From assembly GCA_963716725.1 (NCBI GenBank), contig CAVQUB010000013.1, positions 256,001-320,000 on the forward strand: a stretch of DNA of 64,000 bases, read 5' to 3'. A model generated the notes under the pieces. The model had not been told where the DNA came from, did not search any database, and saw nothing but the letters and a program-made list of their open reading frames with translations. The DNA is from an uncultured delta proteobacterium (lineage in GTDB: Bacteria; Myxococcota_A; Polyangia; Polyangiales; Polyangiaceae). Position 1 is the first letter of the stretch. Each line of letters starts with the position of its first letter. Below, piece by piece: positions 18,333 to 28,518 of this stretch. Position numbers and translations under genes: made by a program.

Positions 18333-19115
18333 CTAGACGCGATCCGCTTCATCGCGACGGTCATTGCGATCCGACAGGATCCGGACCGCCGTTCGCCCCA
18401 CCTCGTCCGCCAGCGCCAATGCGCTGACAAAGGGAGTGTCCACCGGCGCAAGCTCGGTGCCGGAACGAGTCGGTGCAGCGAGCGCCCCCGGCAAACGGGT
18501 CGGGGCAACCCCGGGAGTTCCTCCAACAGCGTCGAATCCGGACTGCAGGGCGACTGCGGAGAGCTTGGCCACGGAGCGCGAATAGGCCCCGGCGTCGCCC
18601 GTGAAGTAGCCGCGGGACTTGAGGCCGCGGACAAACGCCGCTGGGTCTCCCTCCTTCGCCCCCTGAAGGGCCGCACCGTAGCGTCTCTCCAACAAGCCGA
18701 TGTAGTCGGCGGCACCTTCGTCCGCGCTTCGATATGCGCGGAAGCGATCGTGAATGACCCGTTCGCTCGCCCCGGAGCCCTCGCGCGTTCTCTGCACTAC
18801 GGAGAGCCCCGACGGACCGACGCCTTTGATCCCGCCGAAGTTGAAGTTGTACATGGATCCGCCACGCCCAGTTTCGTGCGCCCACTGTGCGACCAGTACC
18901 CCCATCGTCTCCCGGCTCGGTTGCTCGCCGAAGCGTGCGGTCCAGGCGCGTTCGAGCGCGGTTCGTGCCTCTTCACCCGACAGGGAGGTCCGGCGCACCG
19001 CGGCGGCACCGGCCCGTTCGAGTTCCAGGTCGAAGCCCGCCGCCGGTGGTGGCGGCCGCGGCACCGGCGCAGCGCGGGGCTCTGAGGCGACCACGGGGAC
19101 CACGCCGACGTTCAT
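18333..19115 (-). CDS. Stand-alone FlgJ-type peptidoglycan hydrolase (GH73 glucosaminidase domain)
   Basis: AQWAHETG, NFGGIKG, TRE, FRAYRS..EG..DY..LL..RY, LKSRGYFT. Confidence 0.85.
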   Translation of the reverse strand: MNVGVVPVVASEPRAAPVPRPPPPAAGFDLELERAGAAAVRRTSLSGEEARTALERAWTARFGEQPSRETMGVLVAQWAHETGRGGSMYNFNFGGIKGVGPSGLSVVQRTREGSGASERVIHDRFRAYRSADEGAADYIGLLERRYGAALQGAKEGDPAAFVRGLKSRGYFTGDAGAYSRSVAKLSAVALQSGFDAVGGTPGVAPTRLPGALAAPTRSGTELAPVDTPFVSALALADEVGRTAVRILSDRNDRRDEADRV

Positions 19116-19128
19116 GGCGAAAGTATTG

Positions 19129-19143
19129 GCAAGAAGTGCGCCA
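19129..19143 (-). promoter_or_regulatory. Putative sigma54 promoter (TGGCGCACTTCTTGC) of the muramidase gene
   Basis: TGGC-N7-TTGC, intergenic. Confidence 0.65.
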
Positions 19144-19273
19144 CCGCGGCTGCGCCGCAGTGGCTACCAGTCGGCGCCGCTCTGCCAGATCAGTGACGCG
19201 GGGGCCGTCAATTCCGCGGGCACTTCGGCTCCGGTCCTCGTGTCCGGAGATTCGCTCCCGGCCAAACGCGACC

Positions 19274-19289
19274 TGGCGTAAGCTTTGCT
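19274..19289 (+). promoter_or_regulatory. Putative sigma54 promoter (TGGCGTAAGCTTTGCT) of REC-HDOD/flgF
   Basis: TGGC-N7-TTGCT, intergenic, divergent from the 19129-19143 motif. Confidence 0.65.
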
Positions 19290-19302
19290 CGGTGGGGGCA
19301 TC

Positions 19303-20550
19303 ATGAGTGAAGCAATCGGGCGGGACGGACCCATTCAGGTCCTCCTGGTCGACGACGACCCACTTGTCCTCAAGAGCGTCGCGCGACTGCTCGGCAGCGT
19401 CGAGCCCAACTGGACCGTCGCCACAGCGGGCTCGGGGGAGGAGGCCATTGGGATCCTCGAGAAACAGCCCATAGATTTGGTCCTGTCGGATCTCAATCTG
19501 GGCGCAACGAACATGAGCGGCGCTGAGCTTCTCTCGTACGTACAGGAGCGCCACCCGGACGTCGTGCGGATCCTCCTGACGGGCCAAGCAACGCCGGAGA
19601 TGGCTCATCGTTCCCTGCCCGCGGCCCACTCGCTGCTACAGAAGCCCTTCGAGCGCCTGGAGCTCCACGCGAAGCTGCGACGGGCCGCCGAGCTGCGCGA
19701 GCTGCTGACGAACACCCGCATCCGGAGCCTGATCGGGTCGAGCAATCGGCTCCCCTCGCCCCCAAAGGTCTTCCACGAGGTGGCCGTGGCCCTGGCCGGA
19801 CGCCGCGCTGGAATGGAAGACGTCGCCTGCCTGATCGAAAGGGACGTCGCGCTCTCCGCGCAACTGATCCGCCTCGTGTCGTCCGCCTTCTTCGGTCTGC
19901 CACCGCGCGTGCGGAGCGTGCGCGGGGCCATCGCGTACTTGGGATTCAACACGGTCAAGACCCTCGTGCTCAGCGCGTCCATCGTCGAGCAATATCGAAC
20001 GACTCGGCCCGTCCGCGGTTTCGACCTCGACGGACTGCAAGCGCACGCGGTGGCCAGCGCCCATATCGCGCGCCAGGTGGTGGGGGAACCGGGCCTGACC
20101 GAGTCGGCCTTCAGCGCCGCGATGCTGCAGAACGTCGGCCAACTCCTGCTGGCGTCCCGGGCACCGGACGAATACTCCGAAGTGTTGATCCGCCAGCGCG
20201 AGGGCGCGCCGCCGGAGCAGGGCGAGGCCGACGTGTTCGGCGTCGCTCATCCGCAGATAGGCGCCTACCTGCTGGGCATATGGGGCCTGCCCAGCAGCTT
20301 GATCCGCGGGGTCCTCCACCATCACGAGGTTCAGCGCAGCGTGTCCTCCCGCATGGACGTGGCCCTAGCGGTGAACATCGCCGCGAAGCTGGCGAGCTCG
20401 CCGGACGCGCCGGCTCTGGACGACCCGGGAGATGACCCCTTCGTCATCGACCTCGCCCATTTGCGCGAACTGGGAGTGGCCCAGCTCTTGCCTGAGTGGC
20501 GTGAGACTGCCAGGCGCATGCTGGAGTCTAGCGGAGGAAATGATCGATGA
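19303..20550 (+). CDS. Response regulator, REC + HDOD
   Basis: VLLVDDD, LVLSD, LLTG, QKP; LPSPP, DVALSAQLIRLVSSAFFG, HPQIGAYLLGIWGLP. Confidence 0.9.
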   Translation: MSEAIGRDGPIQVLLVDDDPLVLKSVARLLGSVEPNWTVATAGSGEEAIGILEKQPIDLVLSDLNLGATNMSGAELLSYVQERHPDVVRILLTGQATPEMAHRSLPAAHSLLQKPFERLELHAKLRRAAELRELLTNTRIRSLIGSSNRLPSPPKVFHEVAVALAGRRAGMEDVACLIERDVALSAQLIRLVSSAFFGLPPRVRSVRGAIAYLGFNTVKTLVLSASIVEQYRTTRPVRGFDLDGLQAHAVASAHIARQVVGEPGLTESAFSAAMLQNVGQLLLASRAPDEYSEVLIRQREGAPPEQGEADVFGVAHPQIGAYLLGIWGLPSSLIRGVLHHHEVQRSVSSRMDVALAVNIAAKLASSPDAPALDDPGDDPFVIDLAHLRELGVAQLLPEWRETARRMLESSGGNDR

Positions 20551-21287
20551 GCACCGGGATCTGGTCGGCGGCGTCCGGGGCGGTCGCCCAGGGGTTCTCG
20601 CTGGATGTCGCGGCGAACAACATCGCGAACGCGACGACCCCGGGCTTCCGATCCGACAAGGCGGTTTTTCGACAGGAACTCGCAAAGGCAGTGCAACGTG
20701 GAGAGACGCCGTCGCTTCGCTACGCGTTGGTTCGCAATGCAGTCGTGGACTTTCGAGCGGGAGACTTGACCCCCACAGGACGGCCGCTCGACGTCGCGCT
20801 GAGGACCGACGACACCTTCTTCGTGGTGAGGACCCGCGATGGGGAGCGATACACTCGCGCAGGCGGCGTGCAGATCTCGAGCGACGGATCGCTGACCATG
20901 GCCGACGGCACGCCCTACCTGGGGCCCGACCGGAAGATCATGAAGGCGCCGATGGAAGCTGGGACGGTCGCGTTCTCCAAAGACGGACGCCTCATCGTGG
21001 ATGGCGTGGAAGGCACACAGAAGCTTCTTGTCGTGTCCTTCAAGACCCCGGCGGCGCTGGTCCGCGACGGCAACGTCATGTTCCGCGCACCCCCGGCTGC
21101 GGGTCGCCCCGTCGAAGCGCCCGCGGACCTCGAGATTGGAGCGCTCGAGGGCTCCAATGCCTCTGCAGTCGGCGGCATGACCTCTATCGTCACGGCGAGT
21201 CGACAGTTCGAAATGCTGACCCGAGTGATCGAGGCGTTTTCGACCATCGATCGCAAGGCCGCCACGGACGTCATGGCGAAACGCTGA
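20547..21287 (+). CDS. flgF: Flagellar basal-body rod protein FlgF
   Basis: LDVAANNIANATTPGF, TGRPLDVAL, YTRAG, LEGSN, RQFE. Confidence 0.88.
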   Translation: MSTGIWSAASGAVAQGFSLDVAANNIANATTPGFRSDKAVFRQELAKAVQRGETPSLRYALVRNAVVDFRAGDLTPTGRPLDVALRTDDTFFVVRTRDGERYTRAGGVQISSDGSLTMADGTPYLGPDRKIMKAPMEAGTVAFSKDGRLIVDGVEGTQKLLVVSFKTPAALVRDGNVMFRAPPAAGRPVEAPADLEIGALEGSNASAVGGMTSIVTASRQFEMLTRVIEAFSTIDRKAATDVMAKR

Positions 21288-21907
21288 GCAGTCCGGGGCT
21301 CAGCATCGCGCTCGCCAGGACTGCAACGACGACGACCCCCGCGGCCAGTCCGATGCGCTGCTTCAAACGGACGGCTCGGACCGGCTCGTGTCGGCTCGGG
21401 ACCACTGCGTCCCGGTGCGAAGACACCGGGGGCGAGCTCAAGCCAGTGAAATTGTGCTCGTCCGCATTGGGCAGCATCAAGCCGACGTGCTCGAAGTCGC
21501 CGTAGCGCTTCAGATCACCAGAAAACGCGGCGACCCCCGAGTAGCGGAGCAGCGGCTCGGCGCAGGTGGCGCGCCTCACGACTCGGGAGATGCCCGCCGG
21601 CGCTCGGGCCAGACAGTCGAGTCGCGGGATGTTCTCCCGCTCATCCGGAGGCTCGGGTCCGAGCACCAGGAAGGCGAGAATACGCCCGAGCGACGCAGGC
21701 CACCAGGTCCAGCCGTGCCGCTCCGCGAGGCCAGGGCTGCTCAGCGCCGAGGCCCACCAGCGGCAACAGGTCAGTGGGGTTGGATAGGGTCTGCACCACG
21801 CGCTCGTCGGCCCCGGGACACTGAACGACGCTCACCTTGGATCCTTTAGCGGTCCCGGCTGTCGCAGGTTGGACTACCTTTAGCCTCGCGGCGCGGGGCC
21901 GTTCGCG

Positions 21908-24508
21908 ATGGTGCCAGCCGTGTCCATCTCTCCCCTCTCCTTGGGTGACGCCTTCGTCGCAGGAGCCGCAGTGCTCCTCGCGACCTACGAGTTCTGGCTG
22001 TATTCCAAGCGCCCGACCCACGCCGAACACCTCTGGATGGGCGTGATGTGCCTGATGGCGGCGGGATACGCCGGGCTGATGGGCGCGCACTACAACGCTG
22101 GAGCGGACGCGGCAGTGGTCTTGTCTCGCTTCGAAGGCGCCACCATCGCAGGCGCCTGTTTCGCGTCGCTGGCGTGGGCGCTCACCGTCGCCGACCGGGC
22201 GAGCCCGCGCGCGCTGGCCTGGCTCGGCGTGGCCGCCACGGTCGTCGTGGCCTCGACCCTCTCGCCCTGGGCGATCACCAGCGTGCACGCCGTCGCTCCT
22301 CCCTTCGGGGGCGACGTCTTCTGGCGTCGAGATCCGACGCCGTTGGTGAACGTGATCCAGATCATCGCCGTTGTGCTGGTGGTCGCTGCGCTCGCGCTGA
22401 CCACCCGCGCTCCTCCGGAGCGACGCAGCAGCCTCCGTTACTTCCAGGTGGGCATGGGACTCTGGGTGCTCTGCGCCTCACCGAATATGATCGGCGCCCT
22501 GGTCGGCAGTCCTGCACCGCTGTCGACCATCGAGTACGGCTTCGCGGCGCTGGCGCTGAGCCTGGTTGCCCACGACGTGCGTCGATTCATGGAAGCCCTC
22601 TCGCTGAGCGAAGACAAGGTCGAAGCCACCGAGTTGCAGCACCGTGCCCTCGAGTCGCTGCATCGTGACGTCGTCTCGTCCATCGGGGAAGGCGTCGTGA
22701 TGCTGGACCCGGAGGAACGGGTGCGGCTCTGGAACCCCGTGGCCGCCAAACTCTTGGACGTGAGTGTCGAACGCGCGCTGGGCGAGAAACTCTGGGATGT
22801 GCTGAGTATCGCTGAGCACGACCGGGCGACACTGACGGCGAAGCTGAGGGAAGCCTCCGACGGAAATGTGGTGACGACCGCGCCCTTCACCCAGCGCGCC
22901 GGTGAGCGCGAGGTGCAAGTGGTCTGGACCCTTGCGCCCTTCGACTCCCAAGACGCCGGCCGGGGCGCCATCGCCGTGCTGCGCGACGTGACCAGCGAAC
23001 AGTCGGCGCGCGCAGCGCTGATCCGCAGCGAAAAGAACTCGCGCGCTCTGATCGACGCACTGCCCGACGCCATCGCCGTGATGGATGACGACCGGATCCT
23101 CTATGTCAACGCCGCGCTGAGCGACTTGCTGGGTCTCGAGAGCGAAGACAGCTTGAGCGGGCTTCGCGCGGGACGCCTGGTGCACTACGCTGACCGCTCT
23201 CGACTCCAAGCCCTGCGCCACAGCGGCTCGCCGGCCGAGCTCCGCATGGCCGCACGGGGTCGCTCCGTCGTAGCCGAAATTCGCTGTGTGCCCATCGAGT
23301 TCGACGGTGCTCCTGCGGAGGCGCTGGTTGCCAGGGACGTCACTGAGCGCAACGAACTCACCGCGCGAATGATGGAACTCGACCGAATGGTGGCGGTCGG
23401 CACCCTCGCCGCCGGAGTGGGCCACGAAATCAACAACCCGCTCGCCTTCCTGACGGCGAACCTCGAAGAGCTGGAGCAGACGCTCTCACCCGTAGCCTCG
23501 GAGGCCAAGGTCCTGGTGGAAGAGGCGCTGGTCGGCTCGCGGCGAATCCGCGACATCGTTCGGTCCATTTCTGGGTTCTCGCGGGCTGGCGGGGAGCGAC
23601 GCACGATCAGCCTGAGCGCAGCGGTGCACTCCGCGACGACCCTGGCCGGCAACGAACTCCGCCACCACGCTCGGCTCTCGGTGGAGCACCAGCAGGAGTT
23701 CTACGTCGAGGCCAACGAAGCCGACCTGGGGCAGGTCTTGCTCAATCTCTTGGTCAACGCGAGTCATGCCGTTCGGGACGGCGGCCCGGAGCAGAACTCG
23801 GTCCGAGTGCGGACCTACTCGGACCAGGGCCGGGCCGTGTGTGAGGTGTCGGACAGCGGCTGCGGCATCTCGCCCAGCGTGTTGCCGCGCATCTTCGATC
23901 CCTTCTTCACGACGAAGCCCGTAGGCGAAGGCACCGGGCTCGGGCTGAGCATCTGCCTGCAGACGGTTCGTTCGCTCGGCGGTAACATCGAAGTCGAGAG
24001 CGAAGCCGGCGTTGGCACGACGTTCCGGGTACTCCTGCCCGCCGTCGAGCCCGCCACCGAGCCGTTGCGGCTGGCGAACCGAGCGCCGGCGACCAGCGGA
24101 CGTCGCGCGCGCCTGATGCTGGTCGATGACGACGAGAACCTGCTGCGCTCGCTTTCGCGACCGCTACGCCGACACTTTGACCTGACCCTGTGCGTTTCGG
24201 CCGAGGACGCCCTGAGCCACCTCGAACGCGGCGAGGAATTCGAGGCAATCCTGACCAATCTGATGATGCCCGGGACCAGCGGGATGGAACTCTACGAGTG
24301 GGTTCTCCAGCTCGACCCCGGCGTGGCCGCGCGCATGCTCTTCACCACTGGTGGAGCGTTCACGCCCGCCGCGACCCGCTTCTGCGCCGCGATGGAGGAC
24401 CGCGTCCTCCCGAAGCCCATCAGCGTGGCGGAGCTCCGAGACCGCGTCGAGGCGCTGGCCGGCCCCGCGGCGGGCGTGGCGGAAATCCGCCGCTCCCGGC
24501 TGCACTGA
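21908..24508 (+). CDS. Hybrid sensor histidine kinase (multi-TM input, 2 PAS, HisKA, HATPase, REC)
   Basis: About 7 TM segments; HEINNPL, NLLVNA, DSGCG, FFTTKPVGEGTGLGL; C-terminal REC. Confidence 0.92.
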   Translation: MVPAVSISPLSLGDAFVAGAAVLLATYEFWLYSKRPTHAEHLWMGVMCLMAAGYAGLMGAHYNAGADAAVVLSRFEGATIAGACFASLAWALTVADRASPRALAWLGVAATVVVASTLSPWAITSVHAVAPPFGGDVFWRRDPTPLVNVIQIIAVVLVVAALALTTRAPPERRSSLRYFQVGMGLWVLCASPNMIGALVGSPAPLSTIEYGFAALALSLVAHDVRRFMEALSLSEDKVEATELQHRALESLHRDVVSSIGEGVVMLDPEERVRLWNPVAAKLLDVSVERALGEKLWDVLSIAEHDRATLTAKLREASDGNVVTTAPFTQRAGEREVQVVWTLAPFDSQDAGRGAIAVLRDVTSEQSARAALIRSEKNSRALIDALPDAIAVMDDDRILYVNAALSDLLGLESEDSLSGLRAGRLVHYADRSRLQALRHSGSPAELRMAARGRSVVAEIRCVPIEFDGAPAEALVARDVTERNELTARMMELDRMVAVGTLAAGVGHEINNPLAFLTANLEELEQTLSPVASEAKVLVEEALVGSRRIRDIVRSISGFSRAGGERRTISLSAAVHSATTLAGNELRHHARLSVEHQQEFYVEANEADLGQVLLNLLVNASHAVRDGGPEQNSVRVRTYSDQGRAVCEVSDSGCGISPSVLPRIFDPFFTTKPVGEGTGLGLSICLQTVRSLGGNIEVESEAGVGTTFRVLLPAVEPATEPLRLANRAPATSGRRARLMLVDDDENLLRSLSRPLRRHFDLTLCVSAEDALSHLERGEEFEAILTNLMMPGTSGMELYEWVLQLDPGVAARMLFTTGGAFTPAATRFCAAMEDRVLPKPISVAELRDRVEALAGPAAGVAEIRRSRLH

Positions 24509-24593
24509 GGCGCGCCGGCGAGCAGGTCCCTCAGCCGCTGCCCGCCGACGCGAAACCCTCGCTCGGGCCGGCGATTCGCGGTAGAAGCGCCCC

Positions 24594-25790
<1,197 letters not shown>

Positions 25791-25800
25791 AGCGTGGTGC

Positions 25801-26811
25801 TCACCTCGCGGTCGGGAGGGCCGTGAGCGTGGGCACTGGCAGGGCTTCCAGCTCCTTCTGCAGCTCGCGCCAGCGCTTCGGGGGCGCGAGCAAGTCGAAC
25901 TCGGTCGAGCAGGGCAAGGTGTCCCAACCCCGCATCAGCCGATCGGCCCGATCCAACGCGTCAGCTCGACTCTCCCCTCCGAGGCGAGAATAGACGTAGA
26001 GCCGAGTCGCGACGCTGAGCGCGTTGAGCGGACAGACGCGGGACTTGCTGCTGCTCTTGCGAACGACATCGGCGTCCAGCTGCGTGCGCCGCAGGCGTTC
26101 GGCATAGAGTGGGGTCAAGAGCGCCAGATCACGGGCGTAGCGCGCTCCATCCCACCGCTCGAGCCCTCGCACCTCGACCAACAGCGCGCTGGAAGGTCCG
26201 CACGACACGCGCGAGCAGGGCGCGATGCTCAGCGCCCCCAGCCGCACTTCGAACTCCGGAACCCCGTCGGCGTCCTCGTCCCTGAGGCACGTCGGGCACT
26301 CGGGAGCGGTGCTAGCGAGCTTGAAGCCGTGTTCGACCAGATCGATCACCAATGGCTTGGCCACTCCGCAGTTGGCGCCACAGGGCGTCAAGTGGATCAC
26401 GACGGACTTCGAGCCATCGCCGCGTAGATCCCAGAGCAGCGAGCCGTCGCGCTTCTTCATCACGTCGACCATGCCGCTCTGACTGGACACCACTTGGTAC
26501 GGGCCGGCGCCAATGGCGTCCACCCGCGCGACGCGCGACGCGGGCGCCTTTTCGGGCGTCGGGCCGTAGATCACGATGGCCGCGTGATGCTCGGGGATGG
26601 GCACCACCTCCTTCACCACCCAACCGGCGCGCTCGGCCTCGACCTTCGCGTGCTCGAGGTTCTGGCGGAAGCTGATCAGAAGGGGATCGGGCGGGCGGCT
26701 GGGAGTGGGTGGCGGAGCAGCTGCCACCGTTACCGGCGCCGTGCCCGCCGTCGGCGTGACTCCGGCGCAACCCGCCGACGCGAGCACCAGCGCGAGACCC
26801 AGTCGTCTCAC
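25801..26811 (-). CDS. Hypothetical lipoprotein
   Basis: MRRLGLALVLASAGC lipobox, Pro-rich linker, paired Cys; start overlaps the dapB stop. Confidence 0.7.
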   Translation of the reverse strand: MRRLGLALVLASAGCAGVTPTAGTAPVTVAAAPPPTPSRPPDPLLISFRQNLEHAKVEAERAGWVVKEVVPIPEHHAAIVIYGPTPEKAPASRVARVDAIGAGPYQVVSSQSGMVDVMKKRDGSLLWDLRGDGSKSVVIHLTPCGANCGVAKPLVIDLVEHGFKLASTAPECPTCLRDEDADGVPEFEVRLGALSIAPCSRVSCGPSSALLVEVRGLERWDGARYARDLALLTPLYAERLRRTQLDADVVRKSSSKSRVCPLNALSVATRLYVYSRLGGESRADALDRADRLMRGWDTLPCSTEFDLLAPPKRWRELQKELEALPVPTLTALPTAR

Positions 26812-27590
26812 CCGAGCACGTCTGCCACGGTGTAGAGGCCGGGGGGCTTGCCGACCAGGAAGCGGGCCGCGAACAGCGCGCCGTGGGCGAACAGCTCCCG
26901 GCTCGAGGCTCGGTGCGTCAGCTCGATGCGCTCGCCGGGACCGAGCAAGTAGACGGTGTGCTCGCCGATGACGTCACCGCCCCGTATGCCGAACACGCCG
27001 ATCTCGTCGGTTGGCCGAGCGCCGACGTCGCCGTCGCGGCCGTGGACTTCGGTGAGGGGCCCACGCGCGACCTGCGCCGCCTCGGCCAGCCGCTTGGCGG
27101 TGCCGCTCGGCGAGTCCGCCTTCTTGCGGTGGTGGATCTCGACGATCTCGACGTCGTACTCGCTGCCGAGGCGTCTCACCGCCTGGGTCACCAGCTCGGC
27201 GAGCACCTGCACTCCCAAGCTCATGTTGGGCGCCCACAACACCGGCACGCTGGCAGCCGCCTTTTCGAGCAACGCCCTGGTCGGAGCATCGAGGTTGGTC
27301 GTGCCGCTGACCACGGCAACTTTCTGCCTGGCAGCGATTGCCAGCAGCTCCGGCACGGCGCGAGCCGTCGAAAAGTCGATGACCAGGTCGGCGCCGAGCA
27401 GGCCCGACGCAGTGTCCGCGCCCACCGCCACGCCGACGCTGCCCAAACCCGCGAGGTCGCCGAGGTCGCGCCCGAGGTTCGGGTCGTCAGCCGCCGCTAC
27501 CGCGCCAACGATCTCGTGGCCCGCCGCGCGAGCGAGGCGCGCGACGGTCAGGCCCATGCGCCCGGTGGCGCCAAAGAGCGCGAGCTTCAC
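26808..27590 (-). CDS. dapB: 4-hydroxy-tetrahydrodipicolinate reductase
   Basis: GATGRMG, IDFS, GTT, APNMSLGV, EIHHRKKADSPSGTA, RGGDVIGEH; GTG start overlapping the dapA stop. Confidence 0.96.
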   Translation of the reverse strand: MKLALFGATGRMGLTVARLARAAGHEIVGAVAAADDPNLGRDLGDLAGLGSVGVAVGADTASGLLGADLVIDFSTARAVPELLAIAARQKVAVVSGTTNLDAPTRALLEKAAASVPVLWAPNMSLGVQVLAELVTQAVRRLGSEYDVEIVEIHHRKKADSPSGTAKRLAEAAQVARGPLTEVHGRDGDVGARPTDEIGVFGIRGGDVIGEHTVYLLGPGERIELTHRASSRELFAHGALFAARFLVGKPPGLYTVADVLG

Positions 27591-28483
27591 CGCTTCCGAT
27601 ACTCCGCGACGGCACGGCCAACGGCTTCGCGACAGCCCGCGCTCGCCTCGACCAGGGGCAGGCGAACGCCCGGCTTCATGCGACCATCGAGGCACAACGC
27701 AGCCTTCATGGGCTGAGGGTTCGGCTCGATGAACATGGCCCGGTGCACGGGCAAGAGCGCGAGGTGCTTCTTCCTCGCTTCGTCCCAGCGCCCCGCCAGC
27801 GCGTCGGCACACACCTCGGAGACCTCCCGGGGGAAGAGGTTCGAAGTCACGCTGATCACGCCGCTCGCGCCGACCACCATCATGGGCAGAGTCAAGGGAT
27901 CGTCGCCCGAGAGCAGGGTCACTCGACCCGCGGCGCGTCGCAGAAGCTCTTGGCACCACATGACGTTGCCGGTCGCGTCCTTGATGGCGACCACGTTGGG
28001 ACTCGAGTCGAGGAGTTCGAGCGTGCTCTCGACGCTCAGCTCGACGCCGGTGCGGCCCGGGATGTTGTAGAGGATGACCGGCGCTCCGCCGAGCTCTTTC
28101 GCAACGGTCTGAACGTGGCGGATCAGGCCCTGCTGTGAGGGCTTGTTGTAGTACGGCATCACGATCATCACGCCGTCGGCGCCGGCCTCGAGCGCGGCCT
28201 TGGATGCGTCGATGGTCTTCTTGGTGTTGTTGGAGCCCGTGCCGGCAAAGATCGGAACCTTGCCCTTGGCCAAGCTCGCCGTCCGCTTCACCAGTTCGCG
28301 TTGCTCGCTGTCGGAGAGGGTCGGAGACTCTCCGGTGGTGCCGCAGGGGACCAGGCCGGAGATGCCGCCCGCGAGCTGGGCCTCGACCAGAGCGTCGAAG
28401 GCCGCCCAGTCGATCTCGGAGAGGTCGTCACTGAATGGTGTCACCACGGCGGTCAGCGCGCCGCTCAGGGAAACTGCTGCCAT
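27587..28483 (-). CDS. dapA: 4-hydroxy-tetrahydrodipicolinate synthase
   Basis: VTPF, GTTGESPTLS, PYYNKP, LYNIPGRT, IKDATG, LSGDD. Confidence 0.96.
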   Translation of the reverse strand: MAAVSLSGALTAVVTPFSDDLSEIDWAAFDALVEAQLAGGISGLVPCGTTGESPTLSDSEQRELVKRTASLAKGKVPIFAGTGSNNTKKTIDASKAALEAGADGVMIVMPYYNKPSQQGLIRHVQTVAKELGGAPVILYNIPGRTGVELSVESTLELLDSSPNVVAIKDATGNVMWCQELLRRAAGRVTLLSGDDPLTLPMMVVGASGVISVTSNLFPREVSEVCADALAGRWDEARKKHLALLPVHRAMFIEPNPQPMKAALCLDGRMKPGVRLPLVEASAGCREAVGRAVAEYRKR

Positions 28484-28518
28484 GGGCGAACTATTGGCGC
28501 GCAGCGGGCCGGACGCAA

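Noticed and set aside
1..21287. Flagellar cluster as a recently acquired genomic island
   Set aside because: No integrase, tRNA or att-like repeats at the visible boundary, and codon style looks like the flanking housekeeping genes (judged by eye).
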